Below, in pieces: positions 31,542 to 41,303 of a stretch of 60,168 nucleotides of DNA. Position numbers and translations under genes: made by a program. The stretch comes from Actinomycetes bacterium (GTDB lineage: Bacteria > Actinomycetota > Acidimicrobiia > Acidimicrobiales > JAKAOS01). The stretch's first letter is position 1, and each line of letters begins with the position of its first letter. The stretch covers positions 1 through 60,168 of the forward strand of contig JAKAOS010000002.1 in the NCBI GenBank assembly GCA_021823165.1, read 5' to 3'. The notes under the pieces are model-generated. The model was given only the letters and a program-made list of their open reading frames with translations, was not told where the DNA came from and did no database searches.

Positions 31542-32401
31542 TGGCCGCACAGATACTTGCGGGCCAACCCGTCGCGGATTCGGTGCTGGCCACCGTGACT
31601 GAGCAGGTGGAGAGGCTGAGCGCCTCCGGCAGGCGGGTGGGGCTCGGGACCATTCTGGTGGGAGACGACCCGGCAAGCGCCGGATATATACGCATCAAGC
31701 GCTCCCGGGCCCAGGAGCTGGGCATCGACTCCCATCACCTGCATCTTCCCCAGGGCGCCACCCAGCAAGAGGTGGAACAAGCAGTTCGCCGCTTCAACCA
31801 GGATGAGCGAGTCGACGCAATGCTGATCCAGCATCCCCTGCCACAAGGGCTTGACTACGAGGCGCTGCTCGAGGTCATGGACCCGGACAAAGACGCCGAC
31901 GGGCTGCATCCCTACAACCTCGGAAAACTGGTGCTGGGGCGCCCGGGGCCGTTGCCGTGCACACCGGCCGGCATCGAGGCAATGCTCGCTCACTACAAGA
32001 TCGACATCGCCGGGGCGCACGTGGTCATCCTGGGAAGGGGACTGACCCTGGGTCGACCTCTTTCCATACTCCTGTCCCAGAAGCGCCCGGGGGCCAATGC
32101 GGCTGTGAGCGTGATCCACTCGGCGGTCCAGGGCTGGGAGCGGTATACCAGGCAAGCCGACGTGGTGGTGGCGGCGGTTGGGGTGCCGGGGATCCTGAAG
32201 GCCGACCACATTCGCCCCGGGGCCGTTGTCGTAGGTGGCGGCGTCCGCTACGAGGGCCGGCGGGTGCTTTCGGACGTGGAGGAGGGCGTGGCGGAGGTTG
32301 CGGGATGGGTGACGCCGCGGGTTGGTGGCGTGGGACCCATGACCGTGGCGATGCTTTTCAAAAATGCGCTGGACGCAGCATTGCGCAAAGAGGATGTTTG
32401 A
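31541..32401 (+). CDS. folD: Bifunctional methylenetetrahydrofolate dehydrogenase / methenyl-THF cyclohydrolase
   Basis: ATG 31541 overlaps the purH stop (TGATG). Contains ILVGDDPASAGYIRIK, PCTPAGI, GGVGPMTVAML. It lies within track ORF 31229..32401. Confidence 0.93.
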   Translation: MAAQILAGQPVADSVLATVTEQVERLSASGRRVGLGTILVGDDPASAGYIRIKRSRAQELGIDSHHLHLPQGATQQEVEQAVRRFNQDERVDAMLIQHPLPQGLDYEALLEVMDPDKDADGLHPYNLGKLVLGRPGPLPCTPAGIEAMLAHYKIDIAGAHVVILGRGLTLGRPLSILLSQKRPGANAAVSVIHSAVQGWERYTRQADVVVAAVGVPGILKADHIRPGAVVVGGGVRYEGRRVLSDVEEGVAEVAGWVTPRVGGVGPMTVAMLFKNALDAALRKEDV

Positions 32402-33365
32402 CGCACCCTCCCAGCCGGTTTCGGAGGTCCCAGTTCCCCCTACGATTGCCCCCGTGGCTCGCATAGCGGAGTTGCTGGCGGAGGGCCGAACCTTTTCCTT
32501 TGAGTTCTTTCCTCCCCGCAACGACTTGGAACAACAGACCCTCGTGCACACGCTGCGCGAACTGGAGCCTCTGGGGCCCTCCTTCGTCTCGGTCACCTAC
32601 CGGGGAGGGCGCTCCTCCCGCCGCCGCACCCACGACCTCGTGGCTGCCATGTTGAAGACGACCTCGCTCAGGCCGATGGCGCATCTGATCTGCACCGGCC
32701 ACAGCCGCCTGGAACTCGCCGAGATCCTGGTCGATTTCAGAAAATCTGGCATCGAGAATCTCATGGCCCTGGGCGGCGACCCGCCGGCGGATCCCGACGA
32801 GAAAGAGGGCGAGCTTCGCTACGCCATAGAACTGGTGGAACTCGCCAGGGCCATAGGCGGGTTCTCCATCGGCGTGGCCGCCCACCCCGATGGCCATCCT
32901 CGCTCTCCCGACCTCGCCTCCGATCGCCGTTATCTGGCGGCCAAGCTTGCGCTTGCTGACTTTGGCGTCACCCAGTTCTTCTTCGAGGCCGCCTCGTATT
33001 CCTCTTTGGTCCAAGACATGGAACGCCTGGGCATAACCAAGCCGATCCTTCCCGGGATAATGCCGGTTACCTCACTGAACTCCATCCCCCGGATGCAGGC
33101 GATGGGCGCCCAAGTGCCCGACTGGATGCACCAACGGCTCGTGAGCGGTGGAGACTCCCCAGAGGCGGTTCGTCGGGCCGGGATCGACATCGCGACCGAA
33201 CTGTGCGAGCAGGTGCTGGCCGCCGGGGCCCCGGGGTTGCACTTCTATACCCTCAACCGCTCCACGGCCACCAGGGAGATACATCATCGCCTCGCGGCAG
33301 ACGGCCTCGTCCCGGGTTTCCCTCTCCAGGGCGCGCCTGAACCCCAGCCCTATCTCGGGCAATAA
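32394..33365 (+). CDS. metF: Methylenetetrahydrofolate reductase
   Basis: [10 protein letters not shown]...SVTYRGG...MAHLIC...TQFFF...HFYTLNR. ATG 32394 overlaps the folD stop by 8 nt; the track ORF starts at 32364. Confidence 0.9.
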   Translation: MFDAPSQPVSEVPVPPTIAPVARIAELLAEGRTFSFEFFPPRNDLEQQTLVHTLRELEPLGPSFVSVTYRGGRSSRRRTHDLVAAMLKTTSLRPMAHLICTGHSRLELAEILVDFRKSGIENLMALGGDPPADPDEKEGELRYAIELVELARAIGGFSIGVAAHPDGHPRSPDLASDRRYLAAKLALADFGVTQFFFEAASYSSLVQDMERLGITKPILPGIMPVTSLNSIPRMQAMGAQVPDWMHQRLVSGGDSPEAVRRAGIDIATELCEQVLAAGAPGLHFYTLNRSTATREIHHRLAADGLVPGFPLQGAPEPQPYLGQ

Positions 33366-33375
33366 GATTCCCAAA

Positions 33376-34572
33376 ATGGCGGAGAAGATAACCATGTCCT
33401 CCCTCGGTGCCCTTCAGGTGCCCGAGGAACCGATCATCCCCTTTATCGAGGGCGATGGCATAGGGGTGGACATATGGCCGGCGGCAAAGGCCGTCCTCGA
33501 TGAAGGCGCCTCGCGCTTTGGCCACAGGGTCGCCTGGCTGGAGGTATTGGCCGGCGAGAAGGCCTACAACGAAACGGGCCAGTGGCTCCCACCCGAAACC
33601 GTGGAGTCCTTCCGCGAGCACCTCGTGGGAATAAAGGGTCCGCTAACCACGCCCGTAGGGGGGGGGATCCGGTCGTTGAACGTCGCCCTCCGCCAGATCC
33701 TCGACCTGTATGTGTGCCTGCGTCCCGTCCGCTGGTTCACCGGCGTTCCATCTCCGGTTCGCCATCCCGAGAAGGTGGACATGGTCATCTTCAGGGAGAA
33801 CACCGAGGACGTCTATGCGGGTCTCGAGGTGGCCGAGGGCTCGGCGGAGGCCGCCAAGCTCATCGAGTTCCTCCGGGATTCGATGGGTTGGCAGATCCGG
33901 CCCGACTCCGGGGTCGGCATCAAGCCAATCTCGGTGACCGGCTCCAAGAGGCTTGTGCGGGCGGCCATCCGATATGCGCTCGACCACGGGCGGCGCAGCG
34001 TCACCCTGGTGCACAAGGGCAACATTCAGAAGTTCACAGAAGGGGCCTTCCGCTCCTGGGGATATGACCTGGTGCGAGAGGAGTTTGCCGATGAGGCAAT
34101 CGGCTGGGAGGACTGCGGCGGGGAGCCGGGCGACAAGCTTCTGGTCAAAGACGCCATCGCCGACATCACCATGCAGCAGGTTCTCACCCGTCCCGAGGAC
34201 TTCGACGTGATCGCAACCACGAACCTCAACGGCGACTACCTCTCCGATGCCCTGGCCGCCCAGGTCGGCGGGATTGGGATCGCACCGGGTGCCAACATCA
34301 ACTACGTAACGGGACATGGCATCTTCGAGGCCACCCACGGCACTGCTCCCCGCTATGCGGGCCAGGACAAGGTCAACCCCGGCTCGGTGCTTTTGTCGGG
34401 CGTCTTGATGTTCGAGCATCTCGGTTGGGCGGACTCCGCCCAGGCCATTGTTTCTGCCATGGAGCAGACCATCGCCGAGGGGATTGTCACCTACGACTTC
34501 GCCAGGATGACCGCCGGTGCCCGAGAGGTGCGCACGAGCGAGTTTGCCCAGGCGATCATCGATCGGCTGTAG
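33376..34572 (+). CDS. icd: NADP-dependent isocitrate dehydrogenase (homodimeric prokaryotic type)
   Basis: ATG 33376. Contains [42 protein letters not shown]. It lies within track ORF 33148..34572. Confidence 0.93.
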   Translation: MAEKITMSSLGALQVPEEPIIPFIEGDGIGVDIWPAAKAVLDEGASRFGHRVAWLEVLAGEKAYNETGQWLPPETVESFREHLVGIKGPLTTPVGGGIRSLNVALRQILDLYVCLRPVRWFTGVPSPVRHPEKVDMVIFRENTEDVYAGLEVAEGSAEAAKLIEFLRDSMGWQIRPDSGVGIKPISVTGSKRLVRAAIRYALDHGRRSVTLVHKGNIQKFTEGAFRSWGYDLVREEFADEAIGWEDCGGEPGDKLLVKDAIADITMQQVLTRPEDFDVIATTNLNGDYLSDALAAQVGGIGIAPGANINYVTGHGIFEATHGTAPRYAGQDKVNPGSVLLSGVLMFEHLGWADSAQAIVSAMEQTIAEGIVTYDFARMTAGAREVRTSEFAQAIIDRL

Positions 34573-34580
34573 GGGGGAGG

Positions 34581-35570
34581 ATGGGGGGATCCAAGGCGAT
34601 CCGGATCGCCATAACGGGTGCGGCCGGACAGATTGGCTATGCGAGCGTCTTTCGCATCGCGGCGGGGGAGATGTTCGGCCCCGACCAGCCGGTGTCGTTG
34701 CGGCTGTTGGAACTGGACTCTGCTCTTGGGGCACTGGAAGGCGTGGCGATGGAACTGGAGGATTGCGCCTTCCCCCTGCTCGAGGGCCTGGACATCACCT
34801 CAGACACCGACGAGGCCTTTTCCGGTGTGAACTGGGCACTTCTCATCGGGTCTGCGCCTCGCAAGGCCGGCATGCAGCGATCGGACCTCCTGCGGGTGAA
34901 TGGGCACATATTCGGTCCCCAGGGAGCCTCCCTGGCGCGCTGTGCCGACTCCGGCGTGAGGGTGTTGGTCGTCGGCAACCCCTGCAACACCAACTGCTCC
35001 ATCGCGATGTCCCATGCCCCAGAGATACCCTCAGAGCGTTGGTTTTCCATGACTCGACTCGATGCGAACAGGGCTTGCAGTCGTCTGGCGATGGCCGCTG
35101 AGGTCCCTGTCGATGTGGTCACCAACATGGCCATCTGGGGAAATCACTCCTCAACGCTTTTCCCCGACTTCACTCATGCTCGCATAGGGGGAAAGCTCGC
35201 CACCGAGGTGCTCGATCGCCAGTGGCTGGAGGGTCCCTTTGTGACAGAGATCCAGGAAAGAGGAAGCGCCATCATCAAAGCGAGGGGGGCCTCCTCTGCA
35301 GCGTCGGCGGCAAATGCGATCATCGGAACGGTGAAAAGCATCGTGAATCCGACTCCAAAGGGCGACTGGGCCGCCATTGCGGTGCCGAGTAGGGGCGATT
35401 ACGGCGTCCCGGAGGGCCTCGTCTTCGGTTTCCCGGTGCAGTCGGACGGCGAGCAGGTGTCGGTCGTGGAGGGGCTCGACAACGATGCCTATGTCCGTGA
35501 CAGGATCTCGCGGGGCATGGAGGAGCTGCTGGCGGAACGCAAGGTGGTCAGGGATCTCTTCCCGGTCTGA
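34581..35570 (+). CDS. mdh: Malate dehydrogenase
   Basis: ATG 34581 after GGGGGGAGG. Contains [29 protein letters not shown]. It lies within track ORF 34425..35570. Confidence 0.93.
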   Translation: MGGSKAIRIAITGAAGQIGYASVFRIAAGEMFGPDQPVSLRLLELDSALGALEGVAMELEDCAFPLLEGLDITSDTDEAFSGVNWALLIGSAPRKAGMQRSDLLRVNGHIFGPQGASLARCADSGVRVLVVGNPCNTNCSIAMSHAPEIPSERWFSMTRLDANRACSRLAMAAEVPVDVVTNMAIWGNHSSTLFPDFTHARIGGKLATEVLDRQWLEGPFVTEIQERGSAIIKARGASSAASAANAIIGTVKSIVNPTPKGDWAAIAVPSRGDYGVPEGLVFGFPVQSDGEQVSVVEGLDNDAYVRDRISRGMEELLAERKVVRDLFPV

Positions 35571-35607
35571 TATGGCATCAGGCCCCCGGGGGTTGGTAGT
35601 GGCCCGG

Positions 35608-36201
35608 CTAGAGCGAGCAGGCGGGTGCCGTCTGGCTCGCAGCGGCGTCTACGGCAAGTGCTGCCGAACGTAGGCTCCTCAGGTTTTCTATGGTGGCTCC
35701 GCCGGGCGCCGAGTAGTGCAGTGCTTGCAGCCCCAGGGACCGCCACGCCCCAGCCGCCTGTGGAGCGGGGCTCCCCGCTGCCATCAACGCGGCGGTCCTG
35801 CGGAGAGAGACGGCAACCGATGAAGGCATCGCAGGAGCGGACGCCTTGGGGATCGACGCCGAGGGGCCCAGCAGCATCTCCCATGTCCGGCTGCGGCGGA
35901 GGGGAGCCAGGTCTGTCTCGCAGCTGCCGGCTTGCGCCTTGCCCGAGCGCAGGGTCAAAGCGGCGATTCCCTGTCCCGCAAATGCCCCCGCTATGGCCAA
36001 CACCAAGGCCAAGACCACGGCGGCGGGCATGCGCTGGCGGCGAGGCCTGCGGCTGAGGCTCACAACGATGGCCGGAGCATCGGCCCACTCGGGTCTGATC
36101 CTCTGCCTCGGCGTCCAATCGAAGCCGTCGTAGTAGCGGAGTAGATCGGGGTTGGACCGGTCCGGATACCAACCGGGTGACCGAGTCTTGTTGAGACTCA
36201 T
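35608..36201 (-). CDS. DUF2510-domain membrane protein
   Basis: ATG 36201 gives MSLNKTRSPGWYPDRSNPDLLRYYDGFDWT (GWYPD...RYxDGxxWT motif), then one TM (AAVVLALVLAIAGAFAG) and an Ala/Ser-rich tail. ATGA overlap with the upstream SCP2 gene. Confidence 0.7.
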   Translation of the reverse strand: MSLNKTRSPGWYPDRSNPDLLRYYDGFDWTPRQRIRPEWADAPAIVVSLSRRPRRQRMPAAVVLALVLAIAGAFAGQGIAALTLRSGKAQAGSCETDLAPLRRSRTWEMLLGPSASIPKASAPAMPSSVAVSLRRTAALMAAGSPAPQAAGAWRSLGLQALHYSAPGGATIENLRSLRSAALAVDAAASQTAPACSL

Positions 36202-36638
36202 CGCCCCAGGGCCTCCGGACCTGCCATTGCCTGGGCCAGAGCCTCCTGTGCTTTGTTTATATACGGCAGGGCTTGCAGCATTGCCGAGATGTCGCCCGAG
36301 ACCTTGATCTCGCCCCTGCCTATGGCATCTGCCACCCCGAGCCTGCCCGACGCCACGGCTTGTGCGGTATCGGCGGAGGTGTGCAACAGAACCGTTGAAT
36401 CCTCCCACTGCCTGGTCATAGAGATGGTCCGCCCGTCCAGGCACAGGGCCCATCCGAGGTTCTCTGCCCCGGTGACCACCTGGCCCAGTTTGAAGAGGTG
36501 GGGAGGGTCCTCATCTCCACCGAGGCGCACCGAGGCCGCGGCCGACTCCAATCTCTGGATCCACTCCTCCCAGGACCATTCGGCCCCGGAGTGTGCCGTG
36601 TCGGGATTACCGGTAGTTTCCCCCACCTCACTATTCAT
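36198..36638 (-). CDS. SCP2 sterol-carrier-like domain protein
   Basis: 146 aa. LLHTSADTAQAVASGRLGVADAIGRGEIKVSGDISAML resembles the SCP2 C-terminal GKLKxxGD motif. Confidence 0.65.
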   Translation of the reverse strand: MNSEVGETTGNPDTAHSGAEWSWEEWIQRLESAAASVRLGGDEDPPHLFKLGQVVTGAENLGWALCLDGRTISMTRQWEDSTVLLHTSADTAQAVASGRLGVADAIGRGEIKVSGDISAMLQALPYINKAQEALAQAMAGPEALGR

Positions 36639-36733
36639 AGCGGAAACTCCGCCGTGGTATTTCGGCCCGGGATATTTTCCTACGCCTCGGGGACCTGCAG
36701 TGCACCGTCCCCCCTCCCGCTACAGATGGAGCC

Positions 36734-38005
36734 GTGGATGGCCATTTGTCATCGTCGATCGACTCCTCCCCGCTCCGGGACACGCCCTCCCAGTCCCAGG
36801 GGCGCCAGGGGGAGCAAAGAGGTCGGGGACCTTCGAGAATCGTGGTGGCGGCGATGGCCGTGGCCTGCGGGGTGGCGGTTGCAAACCTCTACTACGCTCA
36901 GCCGCTGTTGCCATTCCTGGCGACATCGTTCGGGGTGCCCAAGGCCCGTGCCGCAATGCTGGTCACTGCCTCTCAGGTGGGCTATGCGGTTGGCCTGGTG
37001 GCCGTTGTTCCCCTGGGGGATCTCTTCGAGAGGCGCCGGCTGGCGGTGGTGTCTCTCATGGCGGCGGCGTTGGCCCTTGTCGTCTCTGCCGGTTCCCAGA
37101 GCATGTGGGCACTGACCGTTGCCACCGTGGCAACCGGGCTCACCTCGGTGGTGGCCCAGGTTCTTGTGCCCTTTGCCGCGGATCTGGCGGATCCGGCACG
37201 CAGGGGCCGGACGGTTGGCGTGGTGATGAGCGGCCTACTCATGGGAATTCTGTTGGCTCGATCGGTATCGGGTCTGGTGGCCCAGGTCGCGGGTTGGCGC
37301 GCCGTTTATGTATTTGCAGCCTCGACAACAGTGCTGGTTGCAGTTGGGCTTGGGATCGTCTTGCCCGGCGAGAGGGCAAGGGAACGTCCCCGCTACAAAG
37401 ATGCCCTGGTGATGACCGCCCGTTTGATGGCCGAGGAACCGGTGCTTCGGGTGCGCGCGGTCTACGGCGCACTCGGGTTTGCTGCATTCTCCGCCCTTTG
37501 GAGCACCTTTGCCTTTGTGGCATCCTCGGCCCCCTACCGCTTCAGCAGTGGCACCATCGGGCTGTTCGGGTTGCTCGGCGTGGCTGGGACCCTGGTCGCC
37601 AACCTTGCCGGCCGCCTCGTCGATGCGGGCCGTGAATACGCTGCCACCGGGGCATTTTCGCTGTTTTTGGCAGTGTCGTTCGGGTTGAGCGCCATCGGCC
37701 GGTCCTCCCTGGTGGCTTTGGTGGCAGGCATTGCTCTTTTGGACGTGGGTGTGCAGGGGCTGCAGATATCGAACCAAGCGGTGATCTACAAGCTGCGCCC
37801 CGACGCCCGGAGCCGCATCACCAGTGCCTACATGACCACCTATTTCGCCGGCGGCGCCCTGGGCTCGGCTGCGGCGGGTGCCCTTTACGCGGTCGGCGGG
37901 TGGTCAGATGTCTGTGCATTCGGCGCCGGCTTGGGCCTTGCGGCCATAGGTCTCTGGGCCTGGGACGGGCACCGGAGGAGGAGCCACCGACAAGCCCAGC
38001 CGTAG
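36734..38005 (+). CDS. MFS transporter
   Basis: About 12 predicted TM helices and a loop 2-3 motif (PLGDLFERRRL). The start is uncertain (GTG 36734; in-frame GTG/ATG at ~36841-36853 lie closer to TM1). Confidence 0.82.
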   Translation: MDGHLSSSIDSSPLRDTPSQSQGRQGEQRGRGPSRIVVAAMAVACGVAVANLYYAQPLLPFLATSFGVPKARAAMLVTASQVGYAVGLVAVVPLGDLFERRRLAVVSLMAAALALVVSAGSQSMWALTVATVATGLTSVVAQVLVPFAADLADPARRGRTVGVVMSGLLMGILLARSVSGLVAQVAGWRAVYVFAASTTVLVAVGLGIVLPGERARERPRYKDALVMTARLMAEEPVLRVRAVYGALGFAAFSALWSTFAFVASSAPYRFSSGTIGLFGLLGVAGTLVANLAGRLVDAGREYAATGAFSLFLAVSFGLSAIGRSSLVALVAGIALLDVGVQGLQISNQAVIYKLRPDARSRITSAYMTTYFAGGALGSAAAGALYAVGGWSDVCAFGAGLGLAAIGLWAWDGHRRRSHRQAQP

Positions 38006-38074
38006 GACTTCGACAAGCCCTGTTTCAGAACAGCCAAATCCTGGAACTAAGGACGTGCCCAACGCTCCTGCCGA

Positions 38075-38653
38075 TCAGCCGAGGTGGCGCAGCACCCGGG
38101 CCGGGGAGCCGACGGCCAGCACTCCTGGAGGGATGTCCCGGGTGACGACCGAGCCGGCTCCGATCACGGCGTTGGCTCCGATTGTCACCCCCGGGCAGAC
38201 GATCACTCCACCTCCCAGCCAGGTGTTGTCCCCGATGGTTATCGGCTCACCCGATTCCCACTTCTGCTTGCGCAACTGGGGGTCCAGGGGATGGGTTGCC
38301 GCCAGGAGTTGGACATTCGGCCCGATCTGGACGTCGTCCCCGATGGTGATGGGGACCACGTCCAAACAGAGAAGGCCTAGGTTTGAAAAGCAGCGGGATC
38401 CGATCCTCAGGTTGTAGCCGTAGTCGCAAAACAGCGGAGACCTGATTTCAGTATCGCTGCCAAGGTGGCCGAGGAGTTCGGTGAGGATCTGGTGCCGGAT
38501 GCTTGTTTCGGCGGCTGGAGAGGAGTTGAACGCCTCGAGGAGTGCTGCGGCACGTAGGCGGTCGGCGCGCAACTCCGGATCCGCAGGGTGGTAGGGGTGG
38601 CCTGCGGCCATGCGAGCAGCGTTGGTAGGCACGGTCTCACCCGATCCCCCCAT
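38075..38653 (-). CDS. Sugar O-acetyltransferase (maltose/galactoside acetyltransferase family, left-handed beta-helix)
   Basis: MAAGHPYHPADPEL...ITIGDDVQIGPNVQLL...ITIGDNTWLGGGVIVCPGVTIGANAVIGAGSVVTRDIP, hexapeptide repeats. Confidence 0.85.
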   Translation of the reverse strand: MGGSGETVPTNAARMAAGHPYHPADPELRADRLRAAALLEAFNSSPAAETSIRHQILTELLGHLGSDTEIRSPLFCDYGYNLRIGSRCFSNLGLLCLDVVPITIGDDVQIGPNVQLLAATHPLDPQLRKQKWESGEPITIGDNTWLGGGVIVCPGVTIGANAVIGAGSVVTRDIPPGVLAVGSPARVLRHLG

Positions 38654-38661
38654 GGCAGACC

Positions 38662-39447
38662 TTACTTTGCGGGGCCGCTATCGGGCCGTGAGCGGAGTTT
38701 GGCGGCAAGTAGCCGCAGGGGGTCGAAGAACCGGTCGGCCACTCGCTCTTTCATGGGGATGATCGCATTGTCGGTGATAGCGATGCCCGCGGGGCAGACC
38801 TCGGTGCAACATCTGGTGATGTTGCAGTAGGAGATGCCGAGGTCGTGGCGGGCGGTGGCTCGTCTGTCAGCGGTGTCGATGGGGTGCATCTCGAGCTCCG
38901 CGAGGCGCACCAGATGACGGGGGCCAACGAATTTGTTCTTGTTGGATTCGTGATCACGCAACACGTGACAGACGTCTTGGCACAGGAAGCATTCGATGCA
39001 GCGGTGAAACTCCTGTACCCGTTCTATGTCGGCATCCCAGATCCTGTGGTGTTCCCCTGGCTCGGTTTGCCTGGGCGCAAGGGGGGGGACCCGCCCCGCA
39101 ACTGCGTAGTTGAACCCGACGTCTGTCACCAGGTCCCGTTCCGCCGGGAAGGTCTTCAGAGGAGCGATGGTCAGGGGGGAATCCCTGTCGAACAGGCTCA
39201 TCCTCGTCATGCACATGAGTCTGGGCCGGCCGTCTATCTCGGCCGAGCAGGACCCGCATTTTCCCGCCTTGCAGTTCCAGCGGACCGCGAGATCGGGGGC
39301 AAGGGTCGCCTGCACCCGGTGCACCACGTCCAAGACGACTTCGCCGTCGTTGAAGGGGACGGAGTACTCCACAAAGCGGCCGGCTTGGGAATCGCCCCTC
39401 CAGATCCGTAACCGGACCGTCTGAGTGCCGGTGTCGGCCGACCTCAT
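38662..39447 (-). CDS. sdhB: Succinate dehydrogenase / fumarate reductase iron-sulfur subunit
   Basis: ATG 39447 overlaps the sdhA stop (ATGA). Cys clusters CKAGKCGSCSAEIDGRPRLMC, CIECFLCQDVCH and CNITRCCTEVCP. It lies within track ORF 38662..39714. Confidence 0.9.
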   Translation of the reverse strand: MRSADTGTQTVRLRIWRGDSQAGRFVEYSVPFNDGEVVLDVVHRVQATLAPDLAVRWNCKAGKCGSCSAEIDGRPRLMCMTRMSLFDRDSPLTIAPLKTFPAERDLVTDVGFNYAVAGRVPPLAPRQTEPGEHHRIWDADIERVQEFHRCIECFLCQDVCHVLRDHESNKNKFVGPRHLVRLAELEMHPIDTADRRATARHDLGISYCNITRCCTEVCPAGIAITDNAIIPMKERVADRFFDPLRLLAAKLRSRPDSGPAK

Positions 39448-41303
39448 GAGCCCTGCCCCTGCACGAAAAGCTGGGCCAGCTCCTCGGGCATCTCCTCCAC
39501 CGCTGCTGTAGTCAGTTCCAAAGATCCCCCTGTCGAGGGGCCCGTCTTTGGCCCGGCCCAACGCAACAAGAAGTTGATCCTGCCGAGGGCTTGGTCGGCT
39601 GAGGGGTAGTCGTCCCTGGTGTGGCCGCCCCGGCTTTCGGTTCGTGCGACTGCACATGTGGCTATGCACCTGGAGACCACGATCATCGACCTGAGCTCCA
39701 AGGCGGCGTGCCACCCCGGGTTGAACTTCCTGCCGCCGGGGGCATGGGCTTGGTAGGAGCGTTCTTCCAGGTCCTCCAGGCGTTCTATTGCATGGGCCAG
39801 CTCGTCGGACCGGCGCACGATGCCTACGTTGGACTGCATCAGATCAGCCAACTCCCCCTGCAGTTGGTAGGGGTTTTCGCCGCCCTCGCTTGTCAACGGT
39901 GCAAGGGCATCGGCGCACAGCTCCGAGACCTCCGAAGCGCTTATCCTCCCGCTCTGGCCCGCACCGGATGCATAGGCCGCCGCCCCCGCCCCGGCCCGCC
40001 TTCCGAAGACCAACAGGTCTCCGAGCGAGTTCCCACCGAGACGGTTTGCGCCGTGCAGGCCATTTGACACCTCTCCCGCCGCAAAGAGCCCCGCCAGGCT
40101 GGAGGCGCCGGTCTCGGGATCCACCCTCACCCCGCCCATTATGTAGTGGCAGGTCGGTCCCACCTCCATTGCGTCGGTGGTGATGTCGACGTCTGCGAGC
40201 TCTTTGAACTGCCGATACATGGATGGGAGGCGCTTCATTATGTACTCGGCGGAGCGCCGGGACGCTATGTCCAGATAAACGCCCCCGTGTGGGCTCCCCC
40301 GGCCCGCCTTTATCTCCGAGTTGATGGCCCTGGCCACCTCGTCCCTGGGGAGCAGGTCCGGGGGCCGCCGGTTTGCGCGCTTGTCCTCATACCAGGCGTC
40401 CGCTTCGGCCTCGCTCTGGGCTGTCTCCTCGGCGAAGTAGGGGGGGATGTAATCGAACATGAAGCGGCGGCCGTCGGAGTTCCGGAGGGTCCCCCCGTCG
40501 CCCCGCACGCCCTCGGTCACCAGGATTCCCCTCACCGATGGTGGCCACACCATCCCGGTCGGGTGGAACTGGACGAACTCCATGTCTGCAAGTTCCGCCC
40601 CGGCTCGCAGTGCCAAGGCATGGCCGTCCCCTGTGTACTCCCAGCTGGCCGAGGTGACGCGGTAGGCCTTGCCGATGCCACCCGTTGCGAGCACTACGGC
40701 TTTGGCCTCGAGCAGGACGAAGCGCCCATCACTGCGGCTGTAGGAGAGCACGCCGCTGATTCTGTCGGCATCGGTCAAAAGCGAGATCACGGTGTGCTCC
40801 ATGAACACCTGGGCGTCGCTCTGGGCGAGGCGGTGCTGGAGGGTGCGGATCATCTCCAGCCCGGTCGAGTCTCCCACGTGTGCCAGCCGTGCATAGCGGT
40901 GACCGCCGAAATCCCGCTGGGAGATCCGGCCATCGCCAGTGCGGTCGAAGGCGGCGCCCCACTCCTCCAGCTCCCAGACCCGTTCTGGCGCCTCTTGAGC
41001 GTGCAGTTGGGCCATACGCCAGTTGGCCATCATCTTCCCGCCCCGCATCGTGTCTCGGAAGTGAACCTTCCAATCGTCCTCGGCGTAGACGTTGCCCATG
41101 GCGGCAGCAATGCCGCCCTCGGCCATGACGGTGTGGGCCTTGCCGAGCAGGGACTTGCACACAACCGCAGTGCTTGCACCCATTGCTGTGGCTTCGATTG
41201 CGGCCCGCAGCCCTGCCCCGCCCGCGCCTATCACCACGACGTCGAAGCTATGGACCTCAATCTCTGCTGCGAGTTCTCTCAGCTCGCTCAATGCAGCACC
41301 CAC
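39444..41303 (-). CDS. sdhA: Succinate dehydrogenase / fumarate reductase flavoprotein subunit
   Basis: FDVVVIGAGGAGLRAA, KAHTVMAEGG (FAD-His region), HPTG, HYIMGG, ESRGGHTRDDYP. Start is GTG 41303 or TTG 41291 (TTGA overlap with the sdhC stop); the track ORF extends to 41516. Confidence 0.92.
   Translation of the reverse strand: MGAALSELRELAAEIEVHSFDVVVIGAGGAGLRAAIEATAMGASTAVVCKSLLGKAHTVMAEGGIAAAMGNVYAEDDWKVHFRDTMRGGKMMANWRMAQLHAQEAPERVWELEEWGAAFDRTGDGRISQRDFGGHRYARLAHVGDSTGLEMIRTLQHRLAQSDAQVFMEHTVISLLTDADRISGVLSYSRSDGRFVLLEAKAVVLATGGIGKAYRVTSASWEYTGDGHALALRAGAELADMEFVQFHPTGMVWPPSVRGILVTEGVRGDGGTLRNSDGRRFMFDYIPPYFAEETAQSEAEADAWYEDKRANRRPPDLLPRDEVARAINSEIKAGRGSPHGGVYLDIASRRSAEYIMKRLPSMYRQFKELADVDITTDAMEVGPTCHYIMGGVRVDPETGASSLAGLFAAGEVSNGLHGANRLGGNSLGDLLVFGRRAGAGAAAYASGAGQSGRISASEVSELCADALAPLTSEGGENPYQLQGELADLMQSNVGIVRRSDELAHAIERLEDLEERSYQAHAPGGRKFNPGWHAALELRSMIVVSRCIATCAVARTESRGGHTRDDYPSADQALGRINFLLRWAGPKTGPSTGGSLELTTAAVEEMPEELAQLFVQGQGS

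Noticed and set aside
25410-31676. Long minus-strand ORFs 25410..27080 (556 aa) and 29898..31676 (592 aa) opposite guaA and purH
   Set aside because: They are antisense to well-supported genes, with Arg/Gly/Pro-rich translations and no motifs.
29300-32400. ZTP or THF riboswitch upstream of purN/purH/folD/metF
   Set aside because: All four genes overlap their upstream neighbour's stop codon, so no leader exists to host a riboswitch.
36253-37635. 460-aa plus-strand ORF spanning the SCP2 gene (antisense) and the MFS gene (off-frame)
   Set aside because: It overlaps two better-supported genes, and its Gly/Arg/Pro/Cys-rich translation has no TM pattern or domain.
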